DNA of 64,000 nt from Alphaproteobacteria bacterium (GCA_016869645.1 VGDO01000003.1:14875-78874); one strand, 5' to 3'; positions 9,484-21,190 are shown, counted from the stretch's first letter. The notes: a model not told the origin generated them from the sequence alone. Made by a program: numbers and translations.

Positions 9484-11091
9484 ATGATTACACGAAGCGC
9501 ATTGCTGACGACGGCCATCGCCGCGGCGATCGCCGCCTTGACCGCGGCGCCCGTCGCGGCGGAAAGCCCCAAGCGAGGCGGCACGCTGACCTACATGATC
9601 CCGGCGGACGCGCCGCCGAGCTTCGACGGCCACCGCGAGACGACCTTCGCCACCGCGCACGCCGTGTCGCCCTTCTATAGCGTGTTGATCCGGGTCAACC
9701 CGAACAATCCAGCATCGCCGACCGACTTCGTGTGCGACCTGTGCACGGAAATGCCGAAGCCGACCGACGGCGGCAAGCTCTACACCTTCAAGATTCGTCA
9801 AGGCGTCAAGTTCCACGACGGCTCGCCGCTGACCTCAGCCGACGTGGTCGCGAGCTGGCAGAAGATCATCAGCCCGAAGCCAGGCGTGACCAGCGCGCGC
9901 GCCAGCTACTTCAACATGGTCGAGTCGGTCACGGCGCCTGATGCGACGACGGTCGTGTTCAAGCTCAAGACCCCGTCGCCTGCATTCGTACCGGCGCTCG
10001 CGGATCCTTTCGCCTACATCTACAAGAAGGAGATCCTCGACAAGGATCCGCACTGGTTCGAGAAGAACGTCATGGGGTCCGGCCCGTTCAAGCTGACCTC
10101 CTATGACGTCGGCCAGTCGATCAAGGGCGAACGTTTCGCCGACTACCACCACAAGGGCCAACCGTACCTCGACGGAATTGTCGGCATCTTCGCCGCCAAG
10201 GAGTCCGTCCGGGTCGCGGCCCTTCGCGCCGACCGCGCCGCCGCCGAGTTCCGCGGCCATCCGCCCTCGGCGCGCGACGAACTGGTCAAGGAGCTGGGCG
10301 ACAAAGTCACGGTTCAGCAGAGCAATTGGAACTGCGTCCTGCTGATCACGCCCAACCAGAAGAAGAAGCCGTTCGACGACGTCCGCGTCCGCCGCGCGCT
10401 CGCGCTCGCCATCGACAATTGGAACGGCGCACCGGCGCTGTCCAAGATCGCCATTGTCAACACGGTGGGCGGCGTCGTCTTCCCCGGCTCGCCCTTGGCC
10501 GCCACCAAAGAGGAGCTGCAGAAGCTGGTCGGCTATTGGCCGGACATCAACAAGTCCCGCGCCGAAGCCAAGAAGCTGCTGCAGGAAGCGGGCGTACCCA
10601 ACTACAAGTTCGAGCTGATGAACCGCAACGTCGACCAGCCATACAAGTTCGTCGCGACCTGGCTGATCGACGAGTGGAGCAAGGCCGGCATGCAGGTGAC
10701 GCAGCGCGTGCTGCCGACCGGACCGTTCTATGACGGTCTGCGCAACGGCACGTTCGACGTCAGCCTCGACTTCAATTGCCAGAGCGTGGTGAACCCGCTG
10801 CTCGATGTCGGCAAGTTCCTGCCGAGGTCGGTCTATGCCGAGAACTACGGCGGCTACGAGGACAAGAAGGTCATCGATCTCTACAATGCGATGCAGACCG
10901 AGACCGATCCCGCCAAGTTGCGCCAGAAAATGCGCGACTTCGAGACCTATGTGCTCGACACCCAGGTGCACATGATCATGACGCCCTGGTGGAACCGCAT
11001 CCTGGCTCTCCGGTCCTACATGAAAGGCTGGAAGATCAGCCCCAGCCACTATCAGAACCAGGATCTGGCCAACGTATGGCTGGATAAGTAG
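9484..11091 (+). CDS. ABC transporter substrate-binding protein, family 5, with signal peptide
   Basis: 535 aa. Signal peptide ending ..ALTAAPVAA, and the SBP_bac_5 block ..KFHDGSPLTSADVVASW... Confidence 0.8.
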   Translation: MITRSALLTTAIAAAIAALTAAPVAAESPKRGGTLTYMIPADAPPSFDGHRETTFATAHAVSPFYSVLIRVNPNNPASPTDFVCDLCTEMPKPTDGGKLYTFKIRQGVKFHDGSPLTSADVVASWQKIISPKPGVTSARASYFNMVESVTAPDATTVVFKLKTPSPAFVPALADPFAYIYKKEILDKDPHWFEKNVMGSGPFKLTSYDVGQSIKGERFADYHHKGQPYLDGIVGIFAAKESVRVAALRADRAAAEFRGHPPSARDELVKELGDKVTVQQSNWNCVLLITPNQKKKPFDDVRVRRALALAIDNWNGAPALSKIAIVNTVGGVVFPGSPLAATKEELQKLVGYWPDINKSRAEAKKLLQEAGVPNYKFELMNRNVDQPYKFVATWLIDEWSKAGMQVTQRVLPTGPFYDGLRNGTFDVSLDFNCQSVVNPLLDVGKFLPRSVYAENYGGYEDKKVIDLYNAMQTETDPAKLRQKMRDFETYVLDTQVHMIMTPWWNRILALRSYMKGWKISPSHYQNQDLANVWLDK

Positions 11092-11104
11092 CAAGCCCGG
11101 CGCG

Positions 11105-11133
11105 GCGCCCGCCTCTGTCGGAGGCGGGCGCCG
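11105..11133 (+). other. perfect 12-bp GC stem-loop between the binding-protein and permease genes (intra-operon attenuator or mRNA-stabiliser candidate)
   Basis: GGCGCCCGCCTC-tgtcg-GAGGCGGGCGCC. No U-tract follows. Confidence 0.4.
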
Positions 11134-11147
11134 CAGGGTCGCACGAC

Positions 11148-12119
11148 ATGTACAAGTACATCGTCAGCAGGCTGCTGCTTGCCGTCCCGACGCTGCTCGG
11201 GGCGGCGGGGCTGGTGTTCATGCTCATGCGCATGATCCCCGGCGACATCTGCGTCGTCCGGTTGGGCTCGGGCGGCGGCGTGGTCGATCCGCGCGCTGTC
11301 GCGTCGTGTCACATGCAGCTCGGTCTCGATCGCCCCATGTACATGCAGTTCCTGGATTTCGCCTTCGGCCTGTTCAAACTAGACTTCGGCGTCTCCATGT
11401 GGTCGGGCAAACCGGTCATCGACGAGATCGCCTCGCGTCTGGCTATCTCGCTCGAGATCGCGCTCATCGCCACCGTGGTAGCGATCCTGCTCGCGATCCC
11501 GCTCGGCACGATTTCGGCCCTCAAGCAGAACAGCTGGATCGACCATATCGTGCGCATCGTGGCGATCGCCGGCATCGCCACCCCGTCTTTCTGGCTCGGC
11601 ATCGTGTCGATTCTGATCGTGCTCGACGTATCGCACGCGTTGTTCGGCAATCCGTGGATGCCGCCCATCGACTATGTGCCGCTCTGGCAGGACCCCGTGC
11701 GCAACCTGTCCATGGTGCTGCTGCCGGCGATCACCGTCGGCTATCGCTATTCCGCCGTGACGATGCGCATGACGCGATCGGCCATGCTGGAGGTGCTGCG
11801 CGAGGATTACATCAGGACGGCGCGCGCCAAGGGCCTGATGGAGCAGCTCGTAGTCAACCGCCACGCGCTCAAGAACGCGTTGCTGCCGGTCGTGACACTG
11901 ATCGGCATCGAGTTCGCCTTCCTTATCGGCGGCCTGGTCGTCACCGAGCAGGTGTTCAACCTGAATGGCATCGGACGCCTGTTCGTGCTCGCCGTTCAAA
12001 ACCAGGACTACACGCTGACCCAGGCGCTCGTCATGCTGACCGTCATCATCTTCGTCGTCGCGAACCTGATCGTCGACGTGCTCTACGCGTGGCTCGACCC
12101 GCGCATCCGATTCGCGTGA
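11148..12119 (+). CDS. ABC transporter permease (DppB/OppB-like)
   Basis: 323-aa multi-TM ORF with binding-protein-dependent permease organisation. Confidence 0.8.
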   Translation: MYKYIVSRLLLAVPTLLGAAGLVFMLMRMIPGDICVVRLGSGGGVVDPRAVASCHMQLGLDRPMYMQFLDFAFGLFKLDFGVSMWSGKPVIDEIASRLAISLEIALIATVVAILLAIPLGTISALKQNSWIDHIVRIVAIAGIATPSFWLGIVSILIVLDVSHALFGNPWMPPIDYVPLWQDPVRNLSMVLLPAITVGYRYSAVTMRMTRSAMLEVLREDYIRTARAKGLMEQLVVNRHALKNALLPVVTLIGIEFAFLIGGLVVTEQVFNLNGIGRLFVLAVQNQDYTLTQALVMLTVIIFVVANLIVDVLYAWLDPRIRFA

Positions 12120-12125
12120 GGCATC

Positions 12126-13037
12126 ATGACAGTCGCCAGTCCCGCCGAGATCGCACGCAGCGCCGACGTCGAGGAGGGGCCCGAGCTGCGGCGCACCGCG
12201 TGGCAATCGGCGCTGCTCTTCTGCCAGCGCCAGCCGCTCGGCACCGTGGGCATGGTGATCATGATCATCATGATCGCCGCCGGCCTGTCAGCCGAATGGA
12301 TCTCGCCCTACAACCCGACTCGCAACGACTTCACAGCCATGACCCAGGCGCCAAGCTGGGCGCACCTGCTCGGCACCGACCAGTTCGGCCGCGATCTGCT
12401 GTCGCGCATCATCCATGGCGCGCGCACCGCGCTGATCGTCGGCTTCACCTCGGCCCTGGTCGGCGGCTTCGCCGGACTTGTTCTCGGCGTTTCCAGCGCT
12501 TATTTCGGCGGCCGCTTCGACCTGATCCTGCAGCGCGTGCTCGACGTCCTGATGGCGTTTCCGCTGATCATCATGGCGCTGGCCGTGGTCGCCATCTTCG
12601 GCACCGGCGTGCAGAACGTGATCATCGCCATCACCATCCCGCTGATCCCGCGTTGCGCGCGCGTGGTCCGCTCGAGCGCGCTGGTGATCCGCGAAGTGCC
12701 CTATATCGACGCCGCTCGCGCCTGCGGCTTCAACCACGCGCGCATCATCTTCCGCCACATGATCCCGAACGTGGTGGCGCCCTTCCTGATCATGCTGACC
12801 GCGTTCGCCGGCCAGGCGATCCTGGCCGAGGCCTCGCTCTCCTATCTCGGCCTCGGCGTCCAGGAGCCGGTCCCCGCCTGGGGCCTGATGCTCCAGGGTG
12901 GCGCCGAGGAGTACGCCTCGACTGCGCCCTGGATCGCGATCTTCCCCGGCGTTGCCATCGCGCTGACGGTGTTCGGCTTCAGCCTGTTCGGCGACGCGCT
13001 GCGCGACGCGCTCGACCCCAAGATGCGCGACCGCTGA
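12126..13037 (+). CDS. ABC transporter permease (DppC/OppC-like)
   Basis: 303 aa, with the ..LGTDQFGRDLLSR.. N-terminal motif typical of OppC/DppC. Confidence 0.8.
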   Translation: MTVASPAEIARSADVEEGPELRRTAWQSALLFCQRQPLGTVGMVIMIIMIAAGLSAEWISPYNPTRNDFTAMTQAPSWAHLLGTDQFGRDLLSRIIHGARTALIVGFTSALVGGFAGLVLGVSSAYFGGRFDLILQRVLDVLMAFPLIIMALAVVAIFGTGVQNVIIAITIPLIPRCARVVRSSALVIREVPYIDAARACGFNHARIIFRHMIPNVVAPFLIMLTAFAGQAILAEASLSYLGLGVQEPVPAWGLMLQGGAEEYASTAPWIAIFPGVAIALTVFGFSLFGDALRDALDPKMRDR

Positions 13038-13101
13038 ACCGGCGCCGCCCGGCTATGAGGGAGAGTTGCACGCCCGGCGCGATTGACTAATCTCGCGGGC
13101 G

Positions 13102-14533
<1,432 letters not shown>

Positions 14534-15444
14534 GACGCCACCCTCCCGCGAACCGGCATCTCGGCCGTGAGGATCGCGCCTGTCTCGGACTCCGTGACGT
14601 AGATCGTGCGTCCTTCGGGTCCGCCATAGGCCAGGTTGGTCGTCAGCCCGGCTCCCGGCGGCTTGACGTGGACGAGCGGCCGACCCACGCGGTCGAACAG
14701 GAACACGCCGAGGCCGAGATGGCAGACCGCAAGGTTGTCGTCCTCGTCGAGCGCGAGCCCGTCGGGTCCGCCGAGGCCGCCCGAGAGCTGGATGAAAATG
14801 CCGACCTTGGACACGCCACCGTCGGCCATGAGCGGCAAGCGCCAGATCGCATTGGCACGCGTGACCGCGACGAGGAGTTGGCTGCCCGCCTTGTTGAGCA
14901 CGAGACCGTTGGGGCTCGGCACCGTGTCGATCAGGCAGTCGAGCCTGCCCCTGGCCGACAGGCGATAGACGCGACCCGTGGGATCGTGCAGGCCGGTCTG
15001 TCCCTGGTCGGTGAAATAGAGGTCGCCGTTCGGCGCGACATGCAGGTCGTTCGGCCCCTTGAAGCCTTCGCTGCGATAGGTCTCGACGAGCGGCGTGACG
15101 CGGCCGCTCCCCGGATCGAGAGCCATGATGCCGCGCTTGTAATCGGCGATCACGAAGCGCCGTCCATCGGGATGCAGCTTCATGCCGTTCGGCCAGCCAT
15201 CGTATTCGGCGATGAGCGACCACGCGCCCGCAGACGAGATGCTGAAGATGCGCCCGAACGGGATATCGACCACGTGGAGATTGCCCGCGCGGTCGAAGCA
15301 TGGGCCCTCGAGAAAGCACCCGACCGCCTGGCCGCCGCGGTTGTAGTCTGCCCACTCGGTGCGCTTGCCGTCGCGTCGGAAACGCTTGGGCATGCGCGTG
15401 AACTCGCGGGCCACGATCTCGCGCGGCGGTGCAAACGACATCAT
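14534..15444 (-). CDS. SMP-30/gluconolactonase/LRE-like lactonase; native stop absent (frame runs into poly-G)
   Basis: Core of the 948-aa minus ORF 13087..15933, from Met164 (MMSFAPPREIV..). Beta-propeller lactonase motifs ..NDLHVAPNGDLYFTD.., ..PNGLVLN... Paralogue of 51064..52077. Confidence 0.65.
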
Positions 15445-15531
15445 GATGCCCCCGGCAGCGTCTGACGGCTGCCAGGATACCGGTGACGTCGGTTCGGCCG
15501 CCAGGGTAGACTGCCGCCCGTTCCCAACCCG

Positions 15532-17199
15532 GTGCACGTCTTGTCGACCACGCGGCCCAACGATTTCGATCCCGTCAGCCTGGAGATCTACTGGAGCCGG
15601 CTGATTTCGATCACCGATGAGTCCGCGGCGGCACTCGTGCGCACCGCTTTCTCGACCATCGTGCGCGAGTCGAACGACTACGCGACCGTGCTGATGGACG
15701 CCAATGGCGACTCCCTCGCCGAGAACACGGCAGGCATCCCCTCCTTCGTTGGCATCCTGCCGCGCACCCTGCGCCACATGTTCGAGCGCATTCCCAAGGA
15801 GAGCTGGCGGCCGGGCGATTGCATCATCACCAACGATCCGTGGATGGCCACCGGCCACCTGCTTGACGTCACCATGGCCTCGCCCATCTTCCACAAGGGC
15901 AAGCTCGTCGCCTTCTCCGGCTCGACGGCGCACCTGCCTGATATCGGCGGCTCGTTGTGGTCGGCCGACTGCCGCGAAGTGTACGAAGAAGGCCTGCGTA
16001 TCCCGCCGGTCAAGTTCCTGCGCGAGGGAAAACCCAACGAGGACGTGTTCGATTTCATCCTGGGCAATGTGCGGGTCGCCGAGCAGGTGCGCGGCGATCT
16101 GTTCGCGCAGGTGTCGGCCCAGCAGGTGTGCGCGCGGCGGCTGAGCGAATTCCTGGATGACACCGGTATCGCCGATCTGGCGCCGCTCTCGGGTGCGTTG
16201 CAGACGCGCGCCGACCGTGCCATGCGTCAGGCCATCGCCGCGCTACCTGACGGGGAATATCGGAGCACCGTGCTGGCTGACGGCTTCGACGAGCACGAGA
16301 CGCGCATCGAGTGCCGCATGATGATCGATGGCGACCGCATGCATATCGACTATACCGGCACTTCGCCCCAGATCCCGCGCGGCATCAACTGCGTGATGAA
16401 CTACACGCATGCGTACACGGTCTATCCGGTCAAATGCGCGATCGACCCGCTGACACCGCGCAACGAAGGCTCCTATCGCTCGATGACGGTCGCGGCACCG
16501 GAGGGCAGCATCCTCAATCCGCGTTATCCCGCCGCCGTTCATGCGCGCCAGCTCACCGGCCACCTGCTCGCCGGCGCCGTCTATGGCTGCCTGGCGCAGG
16601 CGGCACCCGAGAAGGTGATCGCCGAATGCGGCGGCGCGCCGACGACGCGCGCCTTGTTCAGCGGCACGGACAAGGCAGGCCATCGCTTCTCCCAGATCAT
16701 CTTCGCGAGCGGCGGCATGGGGGCCGGTGCAGCAAATGATGGCCTCGGCGCCACGGCCTTTCCGACCAATGTCGGCGCCGGCAGCATCGAGGCCTTCGAA
16801 AGCGCGGCGCCGCTCATCGTCTGGAAGAAGGAGCTGCGTCAGGATTCCGGTGGCGCCGGCCGTCGGCGCGGCGGGCTCGGCCAGGACGTCGTCATCGAAG
16901 TCGCCTCCGACGAGCCGATCCGGCTCTCGGTGCTGGCCGACCGCGTCAGGCATCCGGCACCTGGCATTCTTGGCGGCCAACCCGGTGCGCCGGTCGATGT
17001 CGTGCTGGCCGATGGCACACGGCCGCACCCGAAATCGCGCTCCGCACTCAAGCCCGGCGACAAGCTGACCATCCGCTATGCCGGGGGCGGAGGCTACGGC
17101 GATCCGCGCCAGCGCGAGCCGGCCACCATAGCCGACGACGTGAAGAACGGTTACGTCTCGGCCGAGGCGGCTCGCCGCCTCTACGGCTGGACGGGCTGA
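15532..17199 (+). CDS. hyuB: hydantoinase B/oxoprolinase-family protein
   Basis: 555-aa ORF with Hydantoinase_B-family features throughout. Confidence 0.8.
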   Translation: MHVLSTTRPNDFDPVSLEIYWSRLISITDESAAALVRTAFSTIVRESNDYATVLMDANGDSLAENTAGIPSFVGILPRTLRHMFERIPKESWRPGDCIITNDPWMATGHLLDVTMASPIFHKGKLVAFSGSTAHLPDIGGSLWSADCREVYEEGLRIPPVKFLREGKPNEDVFDFILGNVRVAEQVRGDLFAQVSAQQVCARRLSEFLDDTGIADLAPLSGALQTRADRAMRQAIAALPDGEYRSTVLADGFDEHETRIECRMMIDGDRMHIDYTGTSPQIPRGINCVMNYTHAYTVYPVKCAIDPLTPRNEGSYRSMTVAAPEGSILNPRYPAAVHARQLTGHLLAGAVYGCLAQAAPEKVIAECGGAPTTRALFSGTDKAGHRFSQIIFASGGMGAGAANDGLGATAFPTNVGAGSIEAFESAAPLIVWKKELRQDSGGAGRRRGGLGQDVVIEVASDEPIRLSVLADRVRHPAPGILGGQPGAPVDVVLADGTRPHPKSRSALKPGDKLTIRYAGGGGYGDPRQREPATIADDVKNGYVSAEAARRLYGWTG

Positions 17200-17202
17200 G
17201 CG

Positions 17203-19284
17203 ATGAGCGCACGCGTTCGCGTCGGAGTCGACGTCGGCGGGACCTTCACGGATTTCGTGCTGGTCGACGAGGCGCGCGACCTGATCTTCACGGGCAAGCG
17301 CCTGACCACCTCACGCGATCCGAGCGACGCCATCATCGCCGGCACGGAGCGCCTGCTGCGCGAGGCAGGCCGGGCGATCGTCGAGCTCGACAGCGTCGTC
17401 CACGGCACCACGCTGGTGACCAACGCCGTCATCGAGCGCAAGGGCGCCAAGGTCGGCCTCGTCACGACCCAGGGCTTCCGCGACATCCTCGAGATGGGCA
17501 ACGAGACGCGCTACGACCTCTATGATCTGGCGCTCGAGCGTCCGGCCGCGATCGTGCCGCGCCATCTGCGCCACGAAGTGAGCGAGCGGATCAACGCCGG
17601 CGGCGAGCGGCTCCTGCCGCTCGACGAAGCTGGGCTGCGCCAGGTTGCCCGCGCGCTGGCGCGCGACCGGATCGAAGCGATCGCGGTCTGCTTCATGCAC
17701 GCCTACCGCAATCCCGTCCACGAGCGTCGCGCGCGCGAAATCCTGAACGAGGAGCTGCCCGGCATTCCCGTGAGCATTTCGGCCGAGATCGCTCCGGAGA
17801 TCCGCGAATACGAGCGCACGAGCACGACCTGCGCCAACGCCTTTGTGCAGCCGCTCATGCAGCGCTATCTCGGGCGACTCGCCGACCGGCTGGGCGGCAT
17901 GGGCCACAAGGGCACGATCTATCTCATGCTTTCGGCAGGCGGCATCACGACGGTACGCGCCGCACGCGAGGCGCCGATCCAGCTCATCGAATCCGGGCCC
18001 GCGGCGGGAGCCATGGCGGCCGCCTATTACGGCGGCCTGACGGAGACACCGGGTCTCATCTCCTTCGATATGGGCGGCACCACCGCCAAGATGTGCTTGG
18101 TCGAGGGCGGTCAGCCCGCGCGCGCGCATGCGCTCGAGGCGGGGCGCATCCGCCGCTTCAAGAAGGGTTCGGGCCTGCCGCTCAAGCTGCCGGTCGTCGA
18201 CTTGATCGAGATCGGTGCCGGCGGCGGGTCCCAGGCCTGGATCGATGCGATGGGACTGCTCAAGGTCGGGCCGCACAGCGCCGGCGCCGAGCCGGGTCCC
18301 GTGTGCTACGGACGCGGCGGCACGAAGCCGACCGTGACCGATGCGGACCTGCTGCTGGGATATCTGTCGCCCGACTATTTTCTCGGCGGCGAGATGCAGC
18401 TCGACCGCCAGGCCGTCGAGCGCGCGATCGACGAACAGATCGCGCAGCCGCTCGGCATGAGCGTGCTTGACGCCGCGATCGGCATCCACAGTGTCGTCAA
18501 CGAGAACATGGCGCAGGCGACGCGCATGTACATCGCCGAAAAGGGCAAGGACCCACGGCGCTTCGCCATGATGGCCTTCGGCGGGGCCGGGCCGGTGCAT
18601 GCCTATGGCCTCGCGCAGATCCTCAAGGTCAGCCGGATCATCTGCCCCTTTGGCGCGGGCGTGACATCGGCGCTGGGCTTCCTCGTTGCACCGCCGGCGA
18701 TCGACCTCGTGCGCAGTTACGTGACACATCTCGACAGTGTCGACTGGGCGGCGGTCGCGAAGCTGTATGCCGAAATGGAGCGCGAAGCGCGAGCGCTGAT
18801 CGCCGAGACTGGCGCGGATCCGGCAGCGATCACGATCCGGCGCAGCGCCGACATGCGCTATGTCGGCCAGGGATTCGATGTCGACGTCGAACTGCCCGAT
18901 GGCATCTACACAAGGCCGAGCGCCACCGATTTCCAGCAGCGCTTCTTCGCGACCTATCGACGCCTGTTCGACCGCTGGGTCGACGGCGTGCCGGTCGAGG
19001 TGACGAGCTGGCGCCTGTCGGCCTCGGCGCCCGCGCCAACGGTATCGCTCAACTTCGGCGGCCACTCGGCGCCGACCGGCGCCGCGCGCAAGGGCGAGCG
19101 GCCGGTCTGGTTCGCACGGACGGGTCTCGGCCCCTGCGCCGTCTATGACCGCTACGGCCTGGCGCCGGGCGCGAGCTTTGCCGGCCCGGCTGTGGTCGAG
19201 GAACGCGAATCGACCGTGGTGGCCGGCCCCGATACGCGCGTCACGGTCGATGCTCACCGCAACCTGATCATCGACATCGGCTGA
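17203..19284 (+). CDS. hyuA: hydantoinase A/oxoprolinase-family protein (ATP-dependent)
   Basis: 693 aa. N-terminal actin-like ATPase motif ..VGVDVGGTFTDFVL... 3-nt gap after hyuB. Confidence 0.8.
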   Translation: MSARVRVGVDVGGTFTDFVLVDEARDLIFTGKRLTTSRDPSDAIIAGTERLLREAGRAIVELDSVVHGTTLVTNAVIERKGAKVGLVTTQGFRDILEMGNETRYDLYDLALERPAAIVPRHLRHEVSERINAGGERLLPLDEAGLRQVARALARDRIEAIAVCFMHAYRNPVHERRAREILNEELPGIPVSISAEIAPEIREYERTSTTCANAFVQPLMQRYLGRLADRLGGMGHKGTIYLMLSAGGITTVRAAREAPIQLIESGPAAGAMAAAYYGGLTETPGLISFDMGGTTAKMCLVEGGQPARAHALEAGRIRRFKKGSGLPLKLPVVDLIEIGAGGGSQAWIDAMGLLKVGPHSAGAEPGPVCYGRGGTKPTVTDADLLLGYLSPDYFLGGEMQLDRQAVERAIDEQIAQPLGMSVLDAAIGIHSVVNENMAQATRMYIAEKGKDPRRFAMMAFGGAGPVHAYGLAQILKVSRIICPFGAGVTSALGFLVAPPAIDLVRSYVTHLDSVDWAAVAKLYAEMEREARALIAETGADPAAITIRRSADMRYVGQGFDVDVELPDGIYTRPSATDFQQRFFATYRRLFDRWVDGVPVEVTSWRLSASAPAPTVSLNFGGHSAPTGAARKGERPVWFARTGLGPCAVYDRYGLAPGASFAGPAVVEERESTVVAGPDTRVTVDAHRNLIIDIG

Positions 19285-19285
19285 G

Positions 19286-20350
19286 ATGGCCCACTACAAG
19301 CTCGGCGTCATGAATGGTGACGGCATCGGACCGGAGATCGTCGCGTCGTCCGTCGAGGTGCTGCGCGCCGCCGCCAAGTCCAACGAACTGTCGATCGAGC
19401 TCGTCCCGCTCGCCATGGGCTGGGAGGCGATCCGCGCCGGCCGGCCAGCCCTGCCACCGGAGACCATTGCGGAGCTGGAGGGCGTCGACGGCTGGATCAT
19501 GGGCCCGCACGATTCCGCCTCCTATCCCGAAGCCGAGCGCACGCGGCTCAATCCGAGCGGCGATCTGCGCATCCGCTTCGAACTTTACGCCAATATCCGG
19601 CCGGCGCGCGCGCTCAAGGGCATTCCCGCGCTGTCGCCCAACATGGATCTGGTGATCGCGCGCGAAAACACCGAAGGCTTCTACAGCGACCGCAACATGG
19701 CCCAGGGCAGCGGCGAGCTGGTGCCGAGCCGCGACATGGTGCTGACGGTCGGCAAGTTCACGAGGCATGCCGCCGAACGCATCGCGCGCGTCGGCTTCGC
19801 GCTTGCGCTGCAGCGGCGCAAGCGCGTCGCGATCGTCCACAAGATGAACGTTCTGCGCAACGCCTATGGCCTCTTCGTCGAGACCTGCCGCGCGGTCGGC
19901 AGGGACTTTCCCGGGGTCGCCGTCGAGAGCGTGCACATCGACGCCATGGCGGCTTTGCTCGTCCGCCGCGGCACCGACTATGACGTGATCATCACCACCA
20001 ACATGTTCGGCGACATCCTGTCCGACTTGGCAGCCGAGCTCAGCGGAAGCCTCGGCCTCGCCCCTTCGATCAACGCCGGCGACCGCCATGTGATGGCCCA
20101 GGCAGCCCACGGCTCGGCGCCCGATATCGCGGGCCAGAGCGTGGCCAACCCATTGGGCATGATCCTGTCGACCGCGATGTTGCTGAACCACCTGGGTCAG
20201 CAGCGCCATGATGCATCGGCACGGGCGGTTGCCGCCTCGATCGACAAAGCCGTTGCCGCGGCCGTCGCGTCGGGCACGCGCACGCGCGACCTCGGTGGCA
20301 CGGCCAGCACCAAAGACATGACTGCGGCCATCATTCGCGTGCTGCGTTAG
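19286..20350 (+). CDS. isocitrate/isopropylmalate dehydrogenase-family decarboxylating dehydrogenase (tartrate dehydrogenase/IPMDH-like)
   Basis: 354 aa with family signature ..NMFGDILSDLAAELSGSLGLAPS... 1-nt gap after hyuA. Confidence 0.8.
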   Translation: MAHYKLGVMNGDGIGPEIVASSVEVLRAAAKSNELSIELVPLAMGWEAIRAGRPALPPETIAELEGVDGWIMGPHDSASYPEAERTRLNPSGDLRIRFELYANIRPARALKGIPALSPNMDLVIARENTEGFYSDRNMAQGSGELVPSRDMVLTVGKFTRHAAERIARVGFALALQRRKRVAIVHKMNVLRNAYGLFVETCRAVGRDFPGVAVESVHIDAMAALLVRRGTDYDVIITTNMFGDILSDLAAELSGSLGLAPSINAGDRHVMAQAAHGSAPDIAGQSVANPLGMILSTAMLLNHLGQQRHDASARAVAASIDKAVAAAVASGTRTRDLGGTASTKDMTAAIIRVLR

Positions 20351-20359
20351 GAGGACCTC

Positions 20360-21121
20360 ATGCGTTTCAAGGACAAGGTCGCGCTCGTCACCGGCGCGGC
20401 CCAGGGCATCGGTTTCGGCTGCGCCAAGCGCTTCGCCGAGGAGGGCGCGCAGGTTGCGCTCGTCGACCTCAACGAGGAGGTCGGCCGGAAATCCGCTGCG
20501 ACTCTGCCGGGCTCGGCCTTCTTGCGCTGCGATGCCGGCATCAAGGCCGAGGTCGATCGCACCATCGCGGCCACCATCGAGCGCTTCGGACGGATCGACG
20601 TGGTGGTCAACAATGCCGGCATCGTCAGGCCGAAGCCCCTCTTGGAGATGGCCGAAGAGGATTTCGATCTGGTCATCCGGACCAATTTGAAATCCACCTT
20701 TCTGTTCACCCAGGGTGCCGCGCGCCACATGATCGAGCGCGGCATCAAAGGTGCCTTCGTCAACATGTCCTCGACCAGCACGACCATCACCATGCCGACT
20801 CATACGGCATACGCCTCCTCCAAAGGCGGCATCTCCTCCATGACCAAGGCCGTGTCCCTGGCGCTGGCGCCGCACGGCATCCGGGTCAACGCCATCGGGC
20901 CGGGCACCATCGAGACCGACATGACCGCGCGGCTGCTCAACGACCCGAAGTCGCGCAGCAACATCCTGTCGCGCACGCCGCTTGGCCGCTTCGGCACCAC
21001 TGGCGACGTCGCTGCCGTCGCAGCCTTCCTGGCGAGCGAGGATGCCGCCTATCTCACGGGCCAGACCATCTACCTCGAAGGCGGACGGATGGGGCTTAAC
21101 TATGTAATGCCGGTAGCCTGA
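20360..21121 (+). CDS. SDR-family oxidoreductase
   Basis: TGAAQGIG cofactor motif, NNAG, YASSK catalytic motif. Confidence 0.8.
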   Translation: MRFKDKVALVTGAAQGIGFGCAKRFAEEGAQVALVDLNEEVGRKSAATLPGSAFLRCDAGIKAEVDRTIAATIERFGRIDVVVNNAGIVRPKPLLEMAEEDFDLVIRTNLKSTFLFTQGAARHMIERGIKGAFVNMSSTSTTITMPTHTAYASSKGGISSMTKAVSLALAPHGIRVNAIGPGTIETDMTARLLNDPKSRSNILSRTPLGRFGTTGDVAAVAAFLASEDAAYLTGQTIYLEGGRMGLNYVMPVA

Positions 21122-21190
21122 AACTCATTGCTTTATAAGGAAAATCATCAAACTATGTTCCTTGAAGACTGAATTCTTTCTAGGCATGAG
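21122..21190 (+). promoter_or_regulatory. AT-rich leader upstream of vapBC (probable promoter/operator)
   Basis: Strongly AT-rich stretch in a ~66% GC background, immediately 5' of the antitoxin gene. Confidence 0.35.

Noticed and set aside
15445-15933. Upstream extension of the 948-aa minus ORF 13087..15933 beyond Met164
   Set aside because: The extension covers the divergent promoter region and the start of hyuB, has no lactonase-like sequence, and the recognisable protein starts at MMSFAPP. The part downstream of the poly-G is antisense to the MATE gene.
17311-20875. Minus-strand ORFs 17311..19257 (648 aa) and 19268..20875 (535 aa)
   Set aside because: They are antisense to hyuA, the IDH-family dehydrogenase and the SDR. 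They have no domains and a biased composition.
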